From positions 1-64,000 of IMG/VR virus record IMGVR_UViG_3300042896_000714: DNA of 64,000 nucleotides, one strand, 5' to 3'. Source of the DNA: a virus. The position numbers and the translations under genes were made by a program. This document shows, piece after piece, positions 29,350 through 37,742 of the stretch. Position 1 is the first letter of the stretch. The number at the start of each line of letters is the position of its first letter. Under the pieces are notes generated by a model. That model had not been told where the DNA came from. It saw only the letters and a list, made by a program, of their open reading frames with translations, and did not search any database.

Positions 29350-29377
29350 AAAACCGTTACTTGGTTGTGGTTATTAT

Positions 29378-29641
29378 TTATTCTGGCAACCGACCAGTAA
29401 TTCCCAAGATCATTTCTACATCTTGCCATGCAGATTCATGTTCTTTCCAGTTATCTTTATGGGCAATTGAGATTGCTTTGTTAATGATGCCTGGTTTAAT
29501 TTCAAGTTCTTCTGCAACTGCTTTAACAGTTTCCTTCAAGCCCTCTTTAAGATCTTCGATTTCACGAAGGACGGTAGATCCCTCATTAATCAATCGTTCC
29601 AATTTAGCTTTTTCTTCTGGGCCATACATACGTGTCGACAT
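29378..29641 (-). CDS. Small dsDNA-binding protein (T4 DsbA/GapR-like)
   Basis: 87-aa helical pattern L..IEDLKE.LKE.VK...EE...KP..INK.I. Confidence 0.6.
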   Translation of the reverse strand: MSTRMYGPEEKAKLERLINEGSTVLREIEDLKEGLKETVKAVAEELEIKPGIINKAISIAHKDNWKEHESAWQDVEMILGITGRLPE

Positions 29642-29662
29642 AATTTCTCCTAGTTAAACGTT

Positions 29663-29733
29663 ATTGTACATTACTTAGTGTTGTTTGTCTACAACATTGA
29701 CAAATTGACGTTTAATATAGATGGCATTATAAT
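29663..29733. promoter_or_regulatory. Divergent sigma70 promoters
   Basis: Minus strand TAGACA-17-TACAAT (29691-29663); plus strand TTGACG-17-TATAAT (29705-29733). Confidence 0.75.
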
Positions 29734-29739
29734 ATAGGT

Positions 29740-30051
29740 ATGAAAACACTTATTCTTTCCCTATTGCTAGTCAGTCAATCAGCTATTGCAGCATGGGACG
29801 ATGCTGAAGCACCGTTCAATGCTACAAAAAATCAGCATAAAACAATTACGTTATCGTGGGTGTACACTGATGATGTACAGACAGCGTGTAAGAACGCGTT
29901 TAAAAAGCAGGGGATTGCCCCTCTTACTTATAGCGTTGCTGCATGCAGTATTTGGCAAGGCAGTAATTGTACGATTATTACTAAACGGAATCCGACATTA
30001 GGCGATGTCGGACACGAGGTCCGACATTGTTATCAATACAGTTGGCACTAG
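29740..30051 (+). CDS. Secreted small protein with HExxH motif
   Basis: Signal peptide (MKTLILSLLLVSQSAIA), several Cys, GHEVRHC. Confidence 0.7.
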   Translation: MKTLILSLLLVSQSAIAAWDDAEAPFNATKNQHKTITLSWVYTDDVQTACKNAFKKQGIAPLTYSVAACSIWQGSNCTIITKRNPTLGDVGHEVRHCYQYSWH

Positions 30052-30065
30052 CTTACACTAGGTTA

Positions 30066-31304
30066 TTATTTATTTTCAGGATTCGCAGCACCGAATTCTT
30101 TCGCTTGGCCAACCGAAGTAGCATCAGCTGGCATTTTTGGTGCAGCAGGAGAACCAATCTTAGCCATCATTGCGGCGTATTGCTTCATCATAGCTTGCGT
30201 TGCTGGATCTTGAGACTGTCCAAATTCAGCAGCTAATGATTTTAATTCGTCCATTTCTGAAGGATCTAATGAAATCTGCATTGGCGAACTAGCACCACCC
30301 GCCCGCCCGCCAGCACCGCCAGCACGGCCACCACCACCTGTAGCTTTTGCACCTGGAGACATTAATGCTTGAGCTCCCAACGTCCCGCCCACGCCAAGAG
30401 CAGCACCAGCAGCATATGGAGCAACAGCTTTGGCGCCTTTACCTGCAGCATATGCACCTCTTTCAAGACCTGGCCTTGCAGATAGTGCTTTCTTAAACAC
30501 TTGACTTCCTTGTCCGGTCATTGCTACTTTACCGCCAGCAGTAGTTGCTCCAGTAGCTACAGGTGCTCCGGAGAAGCCAGTCTTTGCAGCTTGCCAAGCG
30601 CCTTTTGCGCCCGTAGCTAATTTGCTACCAAGCTTTGCAGCCATGTCTAACGGTCCTTCGTTGACAGGTTGACTTTCAATTTGCATTAATCTAGCTCTTA
30701 ACGCTGCGATTTTTTCCGATTCTGACATATATGTTCCTTTAATTTTGTTAATTTTACCAGCTGTTTGAATTTCTGGAAACTGTTGCATAGCTGCTTGTGT
30801 AGCTGGTCCCATGATGCCATCTGGCCTAATTCTGGCGCCTTTGGCAATTAATTGCTTTTGTAATGCTAGCACTTGTGGATTAACACCTTTAACTGCAGGA
30901 GCACCTGGAGCTCGTTGAGCAGACGCTTGGGCAACAGGTTGTTGAGCAGATTTGGCAACGGCGGCAGTTTGTTCTTCGTCACTCGGGAGATAGCTACCAG
31001 TTCTTGACTTATCTCTAAGTGCCTGGGCACCAGCAATTCCTATACTAGCAGCAGTTCCGATTCCAGGAATTAAACTAGCAATACCGCCAGCACCAGATAA
31101 TGCAGCACCGGCATAGTCACCTTTTTTAGCTCGCCCGTACGCATCATATGCGCCCAGTGCGGCTCCTACGCCTGGAATAAATCTGCCTAATCCTTTACCC
31201 GCCATCGCCGCCACTGGTGCAGCTACCGCCGGCGCCTCAGATAACTGCTCACGAGATTCGATTAATCGAATTTTATTTAAAGATTGATTGATAGAAGAAT
31301 TCAT
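30066..31304 (-). CDS. Ala/Gly-rich putative internal head/ejection protein with glycine-zipper and peptidoglycan-binding segments
   Basis: LIESR/LSEA sites, GxxxG helices, VLALQKQL...DGIMGPATQAAM PG-binding motif. Confidence 0.6.
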   Translation of the reverse strand: MNSSINQSLNKIRLIESREQLSEAPAVAAPVAAMAGKGLGRFIPGVGAALGAYDAYGRAKKGDYAGAALSGAGGIASLIPGIGTAASIGIAGAQALRDKSRTGSYLPSDEEQTAAVAKSAQQPVAQASAQRAPGAPAVKGVNPQVLALQKQLIAKGARIRPDGIMGPATQAAMQQFPEIQTAGKINKIKGTYMSESEKIAALRARLMQIESQPVNEGPLDMAAKLGSKLATGAKGAWQAAKTGFSGAPVATGATTAGGKVAMTGQGSQVFKKALSARPGLERGAYAAGKGAKAVAPYAAGAALGVGGTLGAQALMSPGAKATGGGGRAGGAGGRAGGASSPMQISLDPSEMDELKSLAAEFGQSQDPATQAMMKQYAAMMAKIGSPAAPKMPADATSVGQAKEFGAANPENK

Positions 31305-31305
31305 G

Positions 31306-32292
31306 TTATGAAGATGCTCTTAAATTCTGACCTGAAATATTTGGTGTTGGGAATGCTGGTCTACCACCACCACTGACAGCAGGTACTGCTTTTGGTGCAG
31401 TAGGCACTGCTTTTGGTGCTGCTGGTTTGCCCATTGTTCCTTGTGCTTTATCTAATAGTTCTTTAAAGCGAGCCATCTTTGGATTAGGACCAGTGCCCAT
31501 TGTATCAGCTGGCTTTTCTGCGGCAATATTAGCAGCTAAATCAGAAGCTGAAGTCGCATCACGGGCATCTCGTGATGTCCTAGTATCGTTTGGATCAGTT
31601 GCACTTGGCATTGTTGGTGCAGCAGGTGCTCCTTTGTTTGGCGCACGGTTCAATATATACGGATCAGTAGGATCAGCACCGCCTAACCATGCTTGATCTT
31701 CCGGAGTTAATGCTGACCAAGCAGCAGACTTGGCTGGATCATTAGCCCAAGGGTTAGCAGTGTCAGCTTCTTCTAAACCAAATTCTCTTAGTAATGCATT
31801 GGCGATGGAACTCTTAAAGTTAATGCCCTCGTCAACCTTCTTTGATTTTGCTTTAGCTTCTTTATCAGCTTCTTTACCAGTATACTTGTCACCTTTGACT
31901 TTAGTACCACTTTGTTCTTTACCGCTCTTGTCAGTCCAAGGTTTGTCAGTTTTTACTGCTTCCTTAACCTTTTTTTCTTTAGTGGATTTGACTAAATCAG
32001 AGATGCCTTTTTTCGCAGCTAATTCGTCGTAATTTTTACCACCTTTGAATTGGTCAGTTGTATCTTTATATTTTTCACCAGTTTCTTTAGCATGACGTTG
32101 TGCTTCGTCGACCTTCTTTTCTTTGGCTTCTTTATCTGCTTCTTTACCAGTATACTTGTCACCTTTGACTTTAGTACCTGATTGCTCTTTACCGCTTTTA
32201 TCAGTCCAAGGTTTATCAGTCTTTGTGGCTTCAGTTAAAAACTTTTTGCCTTCGATTTGATCCATTTTTGCAATGAGTGCTTTTAAGTCCAT
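31306..32292 (-). CDS. Lys/Ala-rich modular putative internal head protein
   Basis: MDLKALIAKMDQIE start; LTEA, VDEA, VKEA, VDEG, LEEA sites; internal duplication. Confidence 0.65.
   Translation of the reverse strand: MDLKALIAKMDQIEGKKFLTEATKTDKPWTDKSGKEQSGTKVKGDKYTGKEADKEAKEKKVDEAQRHAKETGEKYKDTTDQFKGGKNYDELAAKKGISDLVKSTKEKKVKEAVKTDKPWTDKSGKEQSGTKVKGDKYTGKEADKEAKAKSKKVDEGINFKSSIANALLREFGLEEADTANPWANDPAKSAAWSALTPEDQAWLGGADPTDPYILNRAPNKGAPAAPTMPSATDPNDTRTSRDARDATSASDLAANIAAEKPADTMGTGPNPKMARFKELLDKAQGTMGKPAAPKAVPTAPKAVPAVSGGGRPAFPTPNISGQNLRASS
31832..32235 (-). repeat. Two ~130-bp direct repeats encoding KTDKPWTDKSGKEQSGTKVKGDKYTGKEADKEAK
   Basis: Copies at ~31832-31970 and ~32106-32235, near-identical in DNA. 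Confidence 0.9.
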
Positions 32293-32319
32293 TTTTTAAT
32301 CCTAAAATATTATATGTAT

Positions 32320-33861
32320 TTATTTGTTTTGTAGTTTATTCGAATCTTTGGTTTGATTCAGTGACAATGTTTGTTCATCTAAGTCGTCCTCGTTAGCGTA
32401 ATCACTTAGATCAAGATCGAAGTATGTTTTAATTGCGTTTTCAGCGATTTCTGAAACACTTGCAAGTGTCATTGGCAATTCTTGGTTTTCAAGTACAGTA
32501 GCTTCCCCATCTGGGTCCACTATACCGTGACCAACTGCAACCCAGCCGTCTTGATTAATTTCGATTACTAGCATTGACCACACGTTGTAATCGTTAGGGG
32601 CACTGAACAAAAACATGTTGTCGTCGCGTTTAGACATTTTCCAATTTAAATTAGACTTATCTAAACTTGTGGAGATTTGTTGTATAAATTCAGGAAATGA
32701 TAACACTTTACCTAAAGTGTATCCTTCTGCTAGTCCACGAGTTTCGGCGATATCCTTTTCACCATAACGACTATTATCTACAGATTTTGGTTTATATTTT
32801 GGATCAAATGGACTGAGTTTTTTCTTTGCAGTTTGCCCTCTCCAGCCACGTTCCCATGCACTTGCACCAGCCGCCGCAGTCTTTCCTTGTTTAACAAAGT
32901 GGTTGATAACTTCTTGTTTGCTGTTAAAGCCTTCCGCCACACCTTCCTTTACACAATTTGGTACAGTCTTCCCAGCTTTTTTCGTTGTTCCAACAGGACT
33001 ATATCCCTTCCAACAAGGATTATCTTTTGAATCACGAAGTCCTTCTTTGACTTTTTTAGCATCATTATCAAATTGCTTATTTGTTGCTTTTACAATTCCC
33101 TTAAATCGCTTGTCACCTTTTTTAAAGTCGCCTACTTTATCAGCGGCGCTTGCTTGTTTTCCAGCGGCTTGTTTATATCGACCCAGCAGCTCAGTTGATA
33201 CTTCATCAACTGGTTCTTCACCACCAGTGGGTTGCCCATCAACAATTGTATCATAATGCGTCATCGATAACACATCGTTACTTTTGTTTAATTCTATTAA
33301 TCGTTCTGCAACATTATGCAAATCCATGTCGGTTTGTGCATCTTCTTTAGCATATTCTAATAACCGAATCAGTAACGGAACATCCATAGTTACTGTGTCC
33401 ACTGCATCACTTTCTTCACGCTGCATATTTCTATCAGCACGTTGCATTGCAATATTTTTAATTTCAGCTGACGGATCTTGCGCCCTTGCTAAATTTTTAG
33501 AATATGATGGTTTGTGACCGTACACTCCATTCAATCTGGATGTAACTCGTTCAGCTAATTGATTAGCACGAGCATTATATCGTATTTGACTTTCTTTAAA
33601 TTCAGCTTCAACTTGTTTAAAGTATTTTCCAACCATGCTAGGTTTAGCATCTTTGGGAACATTTAATGCTGGGCTAGTAATTGATGATCTAGGAGCAGGT
33701 GCGGTATAGTGGTTAACTGCAATGCTTTCTGCTGGAGTTAATCTATTTAACGAGCCTGATCCTTCTTTAATAATGGATACGAATTTCTTCATATCATTTG
33801 CATCAACTTTAGGCTTTGCGTCGGCGCTGTCTAATGCCTGCAATATTTTCTTCATATCCAT
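32320..33861 (-). CDS. Modular putative internal head polyprotein
   Basis: Modules bounded by VDEVS, VKEG, VAEG, IAET, LAEG; includes the CWKGY...VPNCV module. Confidence 0.65.
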   Translation of the reverse strand: MDMKKILQALDSADAKPKVDANDMKKFVSIIKEGSGSLNRLTPAESIAVNHYTAPAPRSSITSPALNVPKDAKPSMVGKYFKQVEAEFKESQIRYNARANQLAERVTSRLNGVYGHKPSYSKNLARAQDPSAEIKNIAMQRADRNMQREESDAVDTVTMDVPLLIRLLEYAKEDAQTDMDLHNVAERLIELNKSNDVLSMTHYDTIVDGQPTGGEEPVDEVSTELLGRYKQAAGKQASAADKVGDFKKGDKRFKGIVKATNKQFDNDAKKVKEGLRDSKDNPCWKGYSPVGTTKKAGKTVPNCVKEGVAEGFNSKQEVINHFVKQGKTAAAGASAWERGWRGQTAKKKLSPFDPKYKPKSVDNSRYGEKDIAETRGLAEGYTLGKVLSFPEFIQQISTSLDKSNLNWKMSKRDDNMFLFSAPNDYNVWSMLVIEINQDGWVAVGHGIVDPDGEATVLENQELPMTLASVSEIAENAIKTYFDLDLSDYANEDDLDEQTLSLNQTKDSNKLQNK

Positions 33862-33872
33862 TATTGTGTTCC

Positions 33873-34940
33873 TTATCGCTTTTGGGCAATTTTAGTAGTT
33901 GCTTTGGCAATATTGCCTGCACGTTTCTCAGCACGTTTTGCCAACCACATGCCCTCATCATCCCAAGCGGCCGCTTTCTTTGTATCACCATGCGCACCAG
34001 CTTCTCCTGACATATCATAAGCGCCTTTAGAATCACGCTGATCAGCACGGACATTTCGTCCTGCTTCTTTTGAATATGCTCTTAATGTACCTTTGCTTAG
34101 TTCAGTAATAGGATCATTGATTGCTTGCGGGGTTGCCATCTTAGTACCAGGTTTCTTAGTAGTCGGCACTACTGGTTTTGAAACTGGTTTTGCCACTGGA
34201 CGAGCAACAGTTTTACCAGCTGGTTCTGGAACGTCTTGTGGTGTTGCATTAACTGCTTCAATACGTGCGCGTTTAGTTGCTTTTACAAGTCCTGTTATGC
34301 GACTGCCTGCTCTGCGTGCGTTATCAGCATCATCACCAGTTACTGATTTGCCGTGTTTTGCAAATGTTGATTTTACTTTAGGGTAGCGTTGTTGAAAATC
34401 ATCAGCCGCGCCCTTTTTATAACTCTTAAGTAGATTACCGCTTAATTCATTAACAGTTGCTTCCTTAACCTTTTTTGCTTTGGTTTCTTTTTCGGCTTCT
34501 TTACCAGTGTATTTGCCACCTTTGACTTTAGTACCACTTTGTGCTTTCCCGTCTTTGGAAGTCCAAGGTTTATCGGTCTTAATTGCTTCATCAACTTCTT
34601 TGATATTCTTCTTTTTAAGTTTTTCTAACTTAACGCGGGCTTCGGTTAGTTTTAGTTTAAACTCACGACGAACGGACTCGCCGTATACGTCAGAATTTTC
34701 TAATTTATCACCGTATTCGTTGACTTTTAATTCGTATTCCATATAATGGTATACAGAAGCAATATAGTCTGCGGCTTTGGTAACTTTAGCTTGAACCCAA
34801 CCTTCAAGTTCGTCGCCGTCTTTAATCATTTTAAACAGCTTAAAACTGTAATTTGCTAATTTGTAGAGATCAGCTCGTGCCATTGCGGCTTCGTGGTCAT
34901 CTGCGGGCATAGGTGCCCCATTCATGTTCATGTCTGGCAT
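33873..34940 (-). CDS. Modular putative internal head polyprotein
   Basis: GGAG SD before ATG 34940; LEGWVQAKVT domain, then modules after VDEA, VKEA, VNELS, ITELS. Confidence 0.65.
   Translation of the reverse strand: MPDMNMNGAPMPADDHEAAMARADLYKLANYSFKLFKMIKDGDELEGWVQAKVTKAADYIASVYHYMEYELKVNEYGDKLENSDVYGESVRREFKLKLTEARVKLEKLKKKNIKEVDEAIKTDKPWTSKDGKAQSGTKVKGGKYTGKEAEKETKAKKVKEATVNELSGNLLKSYKKGAADDFQQRYPKVKSTFAKHGKSVTGDDADNARRAGSRITGLVKATKRARIEAVNATPQDVPEPAGKTVARPVAKPVSKPVVPTTKKPGTKMATPQAINDPITELSKGTLRAYSKEAGRNVRADQRDSKGAYDMSGEAGAHGDTKKAAAWDDEGMWLAKRAEKRAGNIAKATTKIAQKR
34460..34597 (-). repeat. Third copy of the KTDKPWT...GKYTGKEA module, in a different gene
   Basis: EAIKTDKPWTSKDGKAQSGTKVKGGKYTGKEAEKETKAKKVKE; DNA similar to the 31832-32235 copies. 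Confidence 0.85.
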
Positions 34941-34965
34941 GTTAAAACTCCAATTATTAAAATAT

Positions 34966-35223
34966 TTATCTTTTAGCAGCGCCACCAAATATGCTTCCAC
35001 TTTCCCAGTTCTTTGCAGTGCCATCTTTATTTTTAGGTTGCACTACTTTGGGTTGTGGTGGTGCCTTTGTTCCGCTTTTTCCACCCCATGGGTCACCTAA
35101 ATAGCTTTTTTTACCTCTAGCAGATCCTGGACTAATATGCGGATTTACAACTGTTCCAATATTAGCAGTACTGGTACCACCAGCAGTCGCACTTTCAGTT
35201 GCGATAATTTCTCGTAATTTCAT
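34966..35223 (-). CDS. Small putative internal head protein
   Basis: MKLREIIATESATAGGTS N-terminus resembles a capsid-targeting leader ending in E. Confidence 0.6.
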   Translation of the reverse strand: MKLREIIATESATAGGTSTANIGTVVNPHISPGSARGKKSYLGDPWGGKSGTKAPPQPKVVQPKNKDGTAKNWESGSIFGGAAKR

Positions 35224-35224
35224 T

Positions 35225-35854
35225 TTAATTTCCAAGTATCAATAGGGCATTTTCCCAATTCTTTGTACGTTCAGCCAATCCGATTGTACCACCGTTAATT
35301 CGTTTGGTCATAGTAACAATGTCACGATTGTCGCAAGTTTCATTTAAGTTAGTTTTGGACCAGTACCAGCAAGCACTTAGGACCGCGTACCCAGGCGTTC
35401 GAAGCAAATCAGGATCTTGGATAAACGAGTCATCTTGAAGTATCGCTTCGGAACAATTTGTATAGTTTTCACGGCCAGTAATCTGAATGATACCGCGACC
35501 ACGGAACGCCCATCCATCACCGCTCGACTCAGGACCGTTGTGCATCCTATTAGCATACACGCGGTTTGCAATTTTTTCTGGTTGGCGATGATACGGCATT
35601 GCATCAGCATCCGTTCTAAAATATTTTGGAAAAGTCTTGCGTAAACCTTGCCAACTATAATTTAAATTTTCTTGCAATACTTTAAAATCATTGCTTTCGT
35701 GTTGGCATTGTGCAATAAATCCAGCGACACGTTCAACGGTAGTGATACCATGCTGCGGTAACGCATCCTCCAAAGCAATCCACCATTCTTCAATATTAGG
35801 GTTTTCTACGCACTGCGCTAGTTTGTCTATATTAAAATCAAAATCGAAACTCAT
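35225..35854 (-). CDS. Glycoside hydrolase family 19 endolysin/lysozyme
   Basis: FIAQCQHES, ENLNYS, IANRVYANR, FRGRGIIQITGRENY, TKRINGGTIGL. Confidence 0.92.
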   Translation of the reverse strand: MSFDFDFNIDKLAQCVENPNIEEWWIALEDALPQHGITTVERVAGFIAQCQHESNDFKVLQENLNYSWQGLRKTFPKYFRTDADAMPYHRQPEKIANRVYANRMHNGPESSGDGWAFRGRGIIQITGRENYTNCSEAILQDDSFIQDPDLLRTPGYAVLSACWYWSKTNLNETCDNRDIVTMTKRINGGTIGLAERTKNWENALLILGN

Positions 35855-35855
35855 A

Positions 35856-36113
35856 TTATTTTCTCCCAAACCAGTGTTTAAACCATTCATCTGTTCCTGG
35901 TTTAATTCCTTGTTCTCTTTGTTCTTGTCCCTTTGTACTACCTGCTATCGTAGGCATTTGCAAAGAGTTATATTTTTGTAGTGCGGCGGCTGAACCTAAT
36001 CCGCCCATCGCACTAACGGCTTTTAATTCATGAATAGGATCACTTGGATCAAGGTAGCAGTCATCTGGACTATCTTGAAGTATATCTGCGGAAGTGATCT
36101 TGTACTGTTTCAT
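35856..36113 (-). CDS. Hypothetical protein
   Basis: 85 aa with an IKPGTDEWFKHWF C-terminal motif. Confidence 0.7.
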   Translation of the reverse strand: MKQYKITSADILQDSPDDCYLDPSDPIHELKAVSAMGGLGSAAALQKYNSLQMPTIAGSTKGQEQREQGIKPGTDEWFKHWFGRK

Positions 36114-36700
36114 AGTTTTATCTTTTTCGGATTAGCTCTAACGGCTGCAACTACTGTATCAAAGTAGCTTTGCTTGTTTATCATCAATGTGGGGTCTGCA
36201 CCACTCGCTTCGTAAAATGCGTTACGATCACCATCACGCGCAGCTTCACGCAACGCGGTTGCTGAACTAACTCTTGGACTTGCTACTTGTTTTATAGTAG
36301 CAAACTTATAGTAACCATGTGGGCCAGCTTTGCCGTTATACTCATTCAATAGTTTGCCAGACCATTGCCAATCTTTACTGTCAGTTATGTATGCAATAGT
36401 TGCATTTTCGTTGCATTGCAACTGTTTAAATATTTTTGATGCCACAGTAAGCACACTGGTATCTGCAATAATGTGCCCTTGAATTTTAGGGTACATTGCC
36501 TCCATAAATTGCGTCTTTTCTTCAAACACCAGTGGATCGTTTGGGCCATGCGTTGATGGATTCGTTCCAACAAACCAGTTGTTAGAAGAGTTTTCAACAG
36601 CTTTCCAAACTTCAACGTGCCCGCAATGCGCAGGATTAAACCTGCCAAAGCAAAAAGCAGCATCAACCGACGGGTTTTCAAAAAACTCGCGTAATAGCAT
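36110..36700 (-). CDS. Cytidylyltransferase-like (HIGH-motif) nucleotidyltransferase
   Basis: FGRFNPAHCGH, NDPL..EEK, RVSSATALREAA. Confidence 0.75.
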   Translation of the reverse strand: MLLREFFENPSVDAAFCFGRFNPAHCGHVEVWKAVENSSNNWFVGTNPSTHGPNDPLVFEEKTQFMEAMYPKIQGHIIADTSVLTVASKIFKQLQCNENATIAYITDSKDWQWSGKLLNEYNGKAGPHGYYKFATIKQVASPRVSSATALREAARDGDRNAFYEASGADPTLMINKQSYFDTVVAAVRANPKKIKL

Positions 36701-36701
36701 G

Positions 36702-37043
36702 TTAGTCCTCGTCGTAGAATTTATCTTCTACATTTTTAGTTTCTTGATCATGGATTGCTTTGCATATATCTTCTAACATATCTTCAGGTAATTCCTCTTT
36801 CAGCCCTTCGACTGGGAATTTATTTTGATATGTTGAATATGCTTCTTTCACCAATTTCACAAAGCCACGAGCATCAATTCTTTTACCTTCTTTAACAAAC
36901 TTATCAAACTTTAGCATTGTTGGATAGTACTTTTTTCTGTAAAATTGCGGATCGTTATTCATAAAAAAGACAAGATCATCTTTTAAATCGTAGCCTAGCT
37001 CTTTATCTTTTTGCTCTTTATCGTATAAATCAGTAATGTTCAT
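36702..37043 (-). CDS. Hypothetical protein
   Basis: 113 aa with AGGA SD. Confidence 0.7.
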   Translation of the reverse strand: MNITDLYDKEQKDKELGYDLKDDLVFFMNNDPQFYRKKYYPTMLKFDKFVKEGKRIDARGFVKLVKEAYSTYQNKFPVEGLKEELPEDMLEDICKAIHDQETKNVEDKFYDED

Positions 37044-37065
37044 AGTATTCCTGGGGTATAAAACA

Positions 37066-37104
37066 AATCCCCTATTTCGTTTATATTTATCGAAATAGAG
37101 GATT
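37066..37104 (-). terminator. Terminator hairpin with a TAAATA late-promoter-like motif in the loop
   Basis: AATCCTCTATTTCG-ataaatataaa-CGAAATAGGGGATT followed by a U-rich tract. Confidence 0.65.
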
Positions 37105-37109
37105 AAAAT

Positions 37110-37742
37110 TTATGCTTTGATTATAGTTTCAATTTTTCGTATATTTGAGCCAAGGAACATTTTTACTACTGTTAACGACTTTGCATCTTTAACATAAAAA
37201 TAATACCCTCCGTGGGTTTTAGAAATTCCTAACTTAGCTTTAGACAACTTAGTAAGCCGAATTTTGGAGTTATTTTCAGACCATAACAGGAACTCGGGAT
37301 AACTTTGGTTAGTACTTGCCATATGCACTTTAAATCCAAAATCTAGACTTTTAACAATGATTGTGTTTTTTTCCAGTACTGGGTTATCTTTATTTGGCGA
37401 ATATATTACCTTTACGACATTCGGATCAATACTAGCTATACGTTCAACATCAGATTTAATATTTGTGTATATATTAAGTAACGGTGATTCAACACGAACT
37501 GTAAAGGGATCAGTAAGGGTCGTTAATAATTTGCATAATTGCAGAGCATATTCACACTCTGCTTTATTTTTAACTGTGTGACGGGGGTGCGTAGCAATTC
37601 CTACCAATTTAGCCTTTGTGGATACAAGTTTGTTACCCCTAAATGTATCAGCGTATGGCATAACGAGTACAATTTTATATTTGTACTCGTTATAAAACAA
37701 TCCAGTAGTAGCCTTAATTGGTATTGACGGGTTCAACTTCAC
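37110..37742 (-). CDS. Hypothetical protein
   Basis: ~210-aa basic ORF overlapping the clpA end; start uncertain. Confidence 0.65.
   Translation of the reverse strand: MKLNPSIPIKATTGLFYNEYKYKIVLVMPYADTFRGNKLVSTKAKLVGIATHPRHTVKNKAECEYALQLCKLLTTLTDPFTVRVESPLLNIYTNIKSDVERIASIDPNVVKVIYSPNKDNPVLEKNTIIVKSLDFGFKVHMASTNQSYPEFLLWSENNSKIRLTKLSKAKLGISKTHGGYYFYVKDAKSLTVVKMFLGSNIRKIETIIKA

Noticed and set aside
31832-34597. Direct repeats as a CRISPR array or DGR template/variable repeats
   Set aside because: They are ~130-bp in-frame coding modules with largely synonymous differences; no spacer periodicity, no adenine-specific variation, no RT or cas gene in the window
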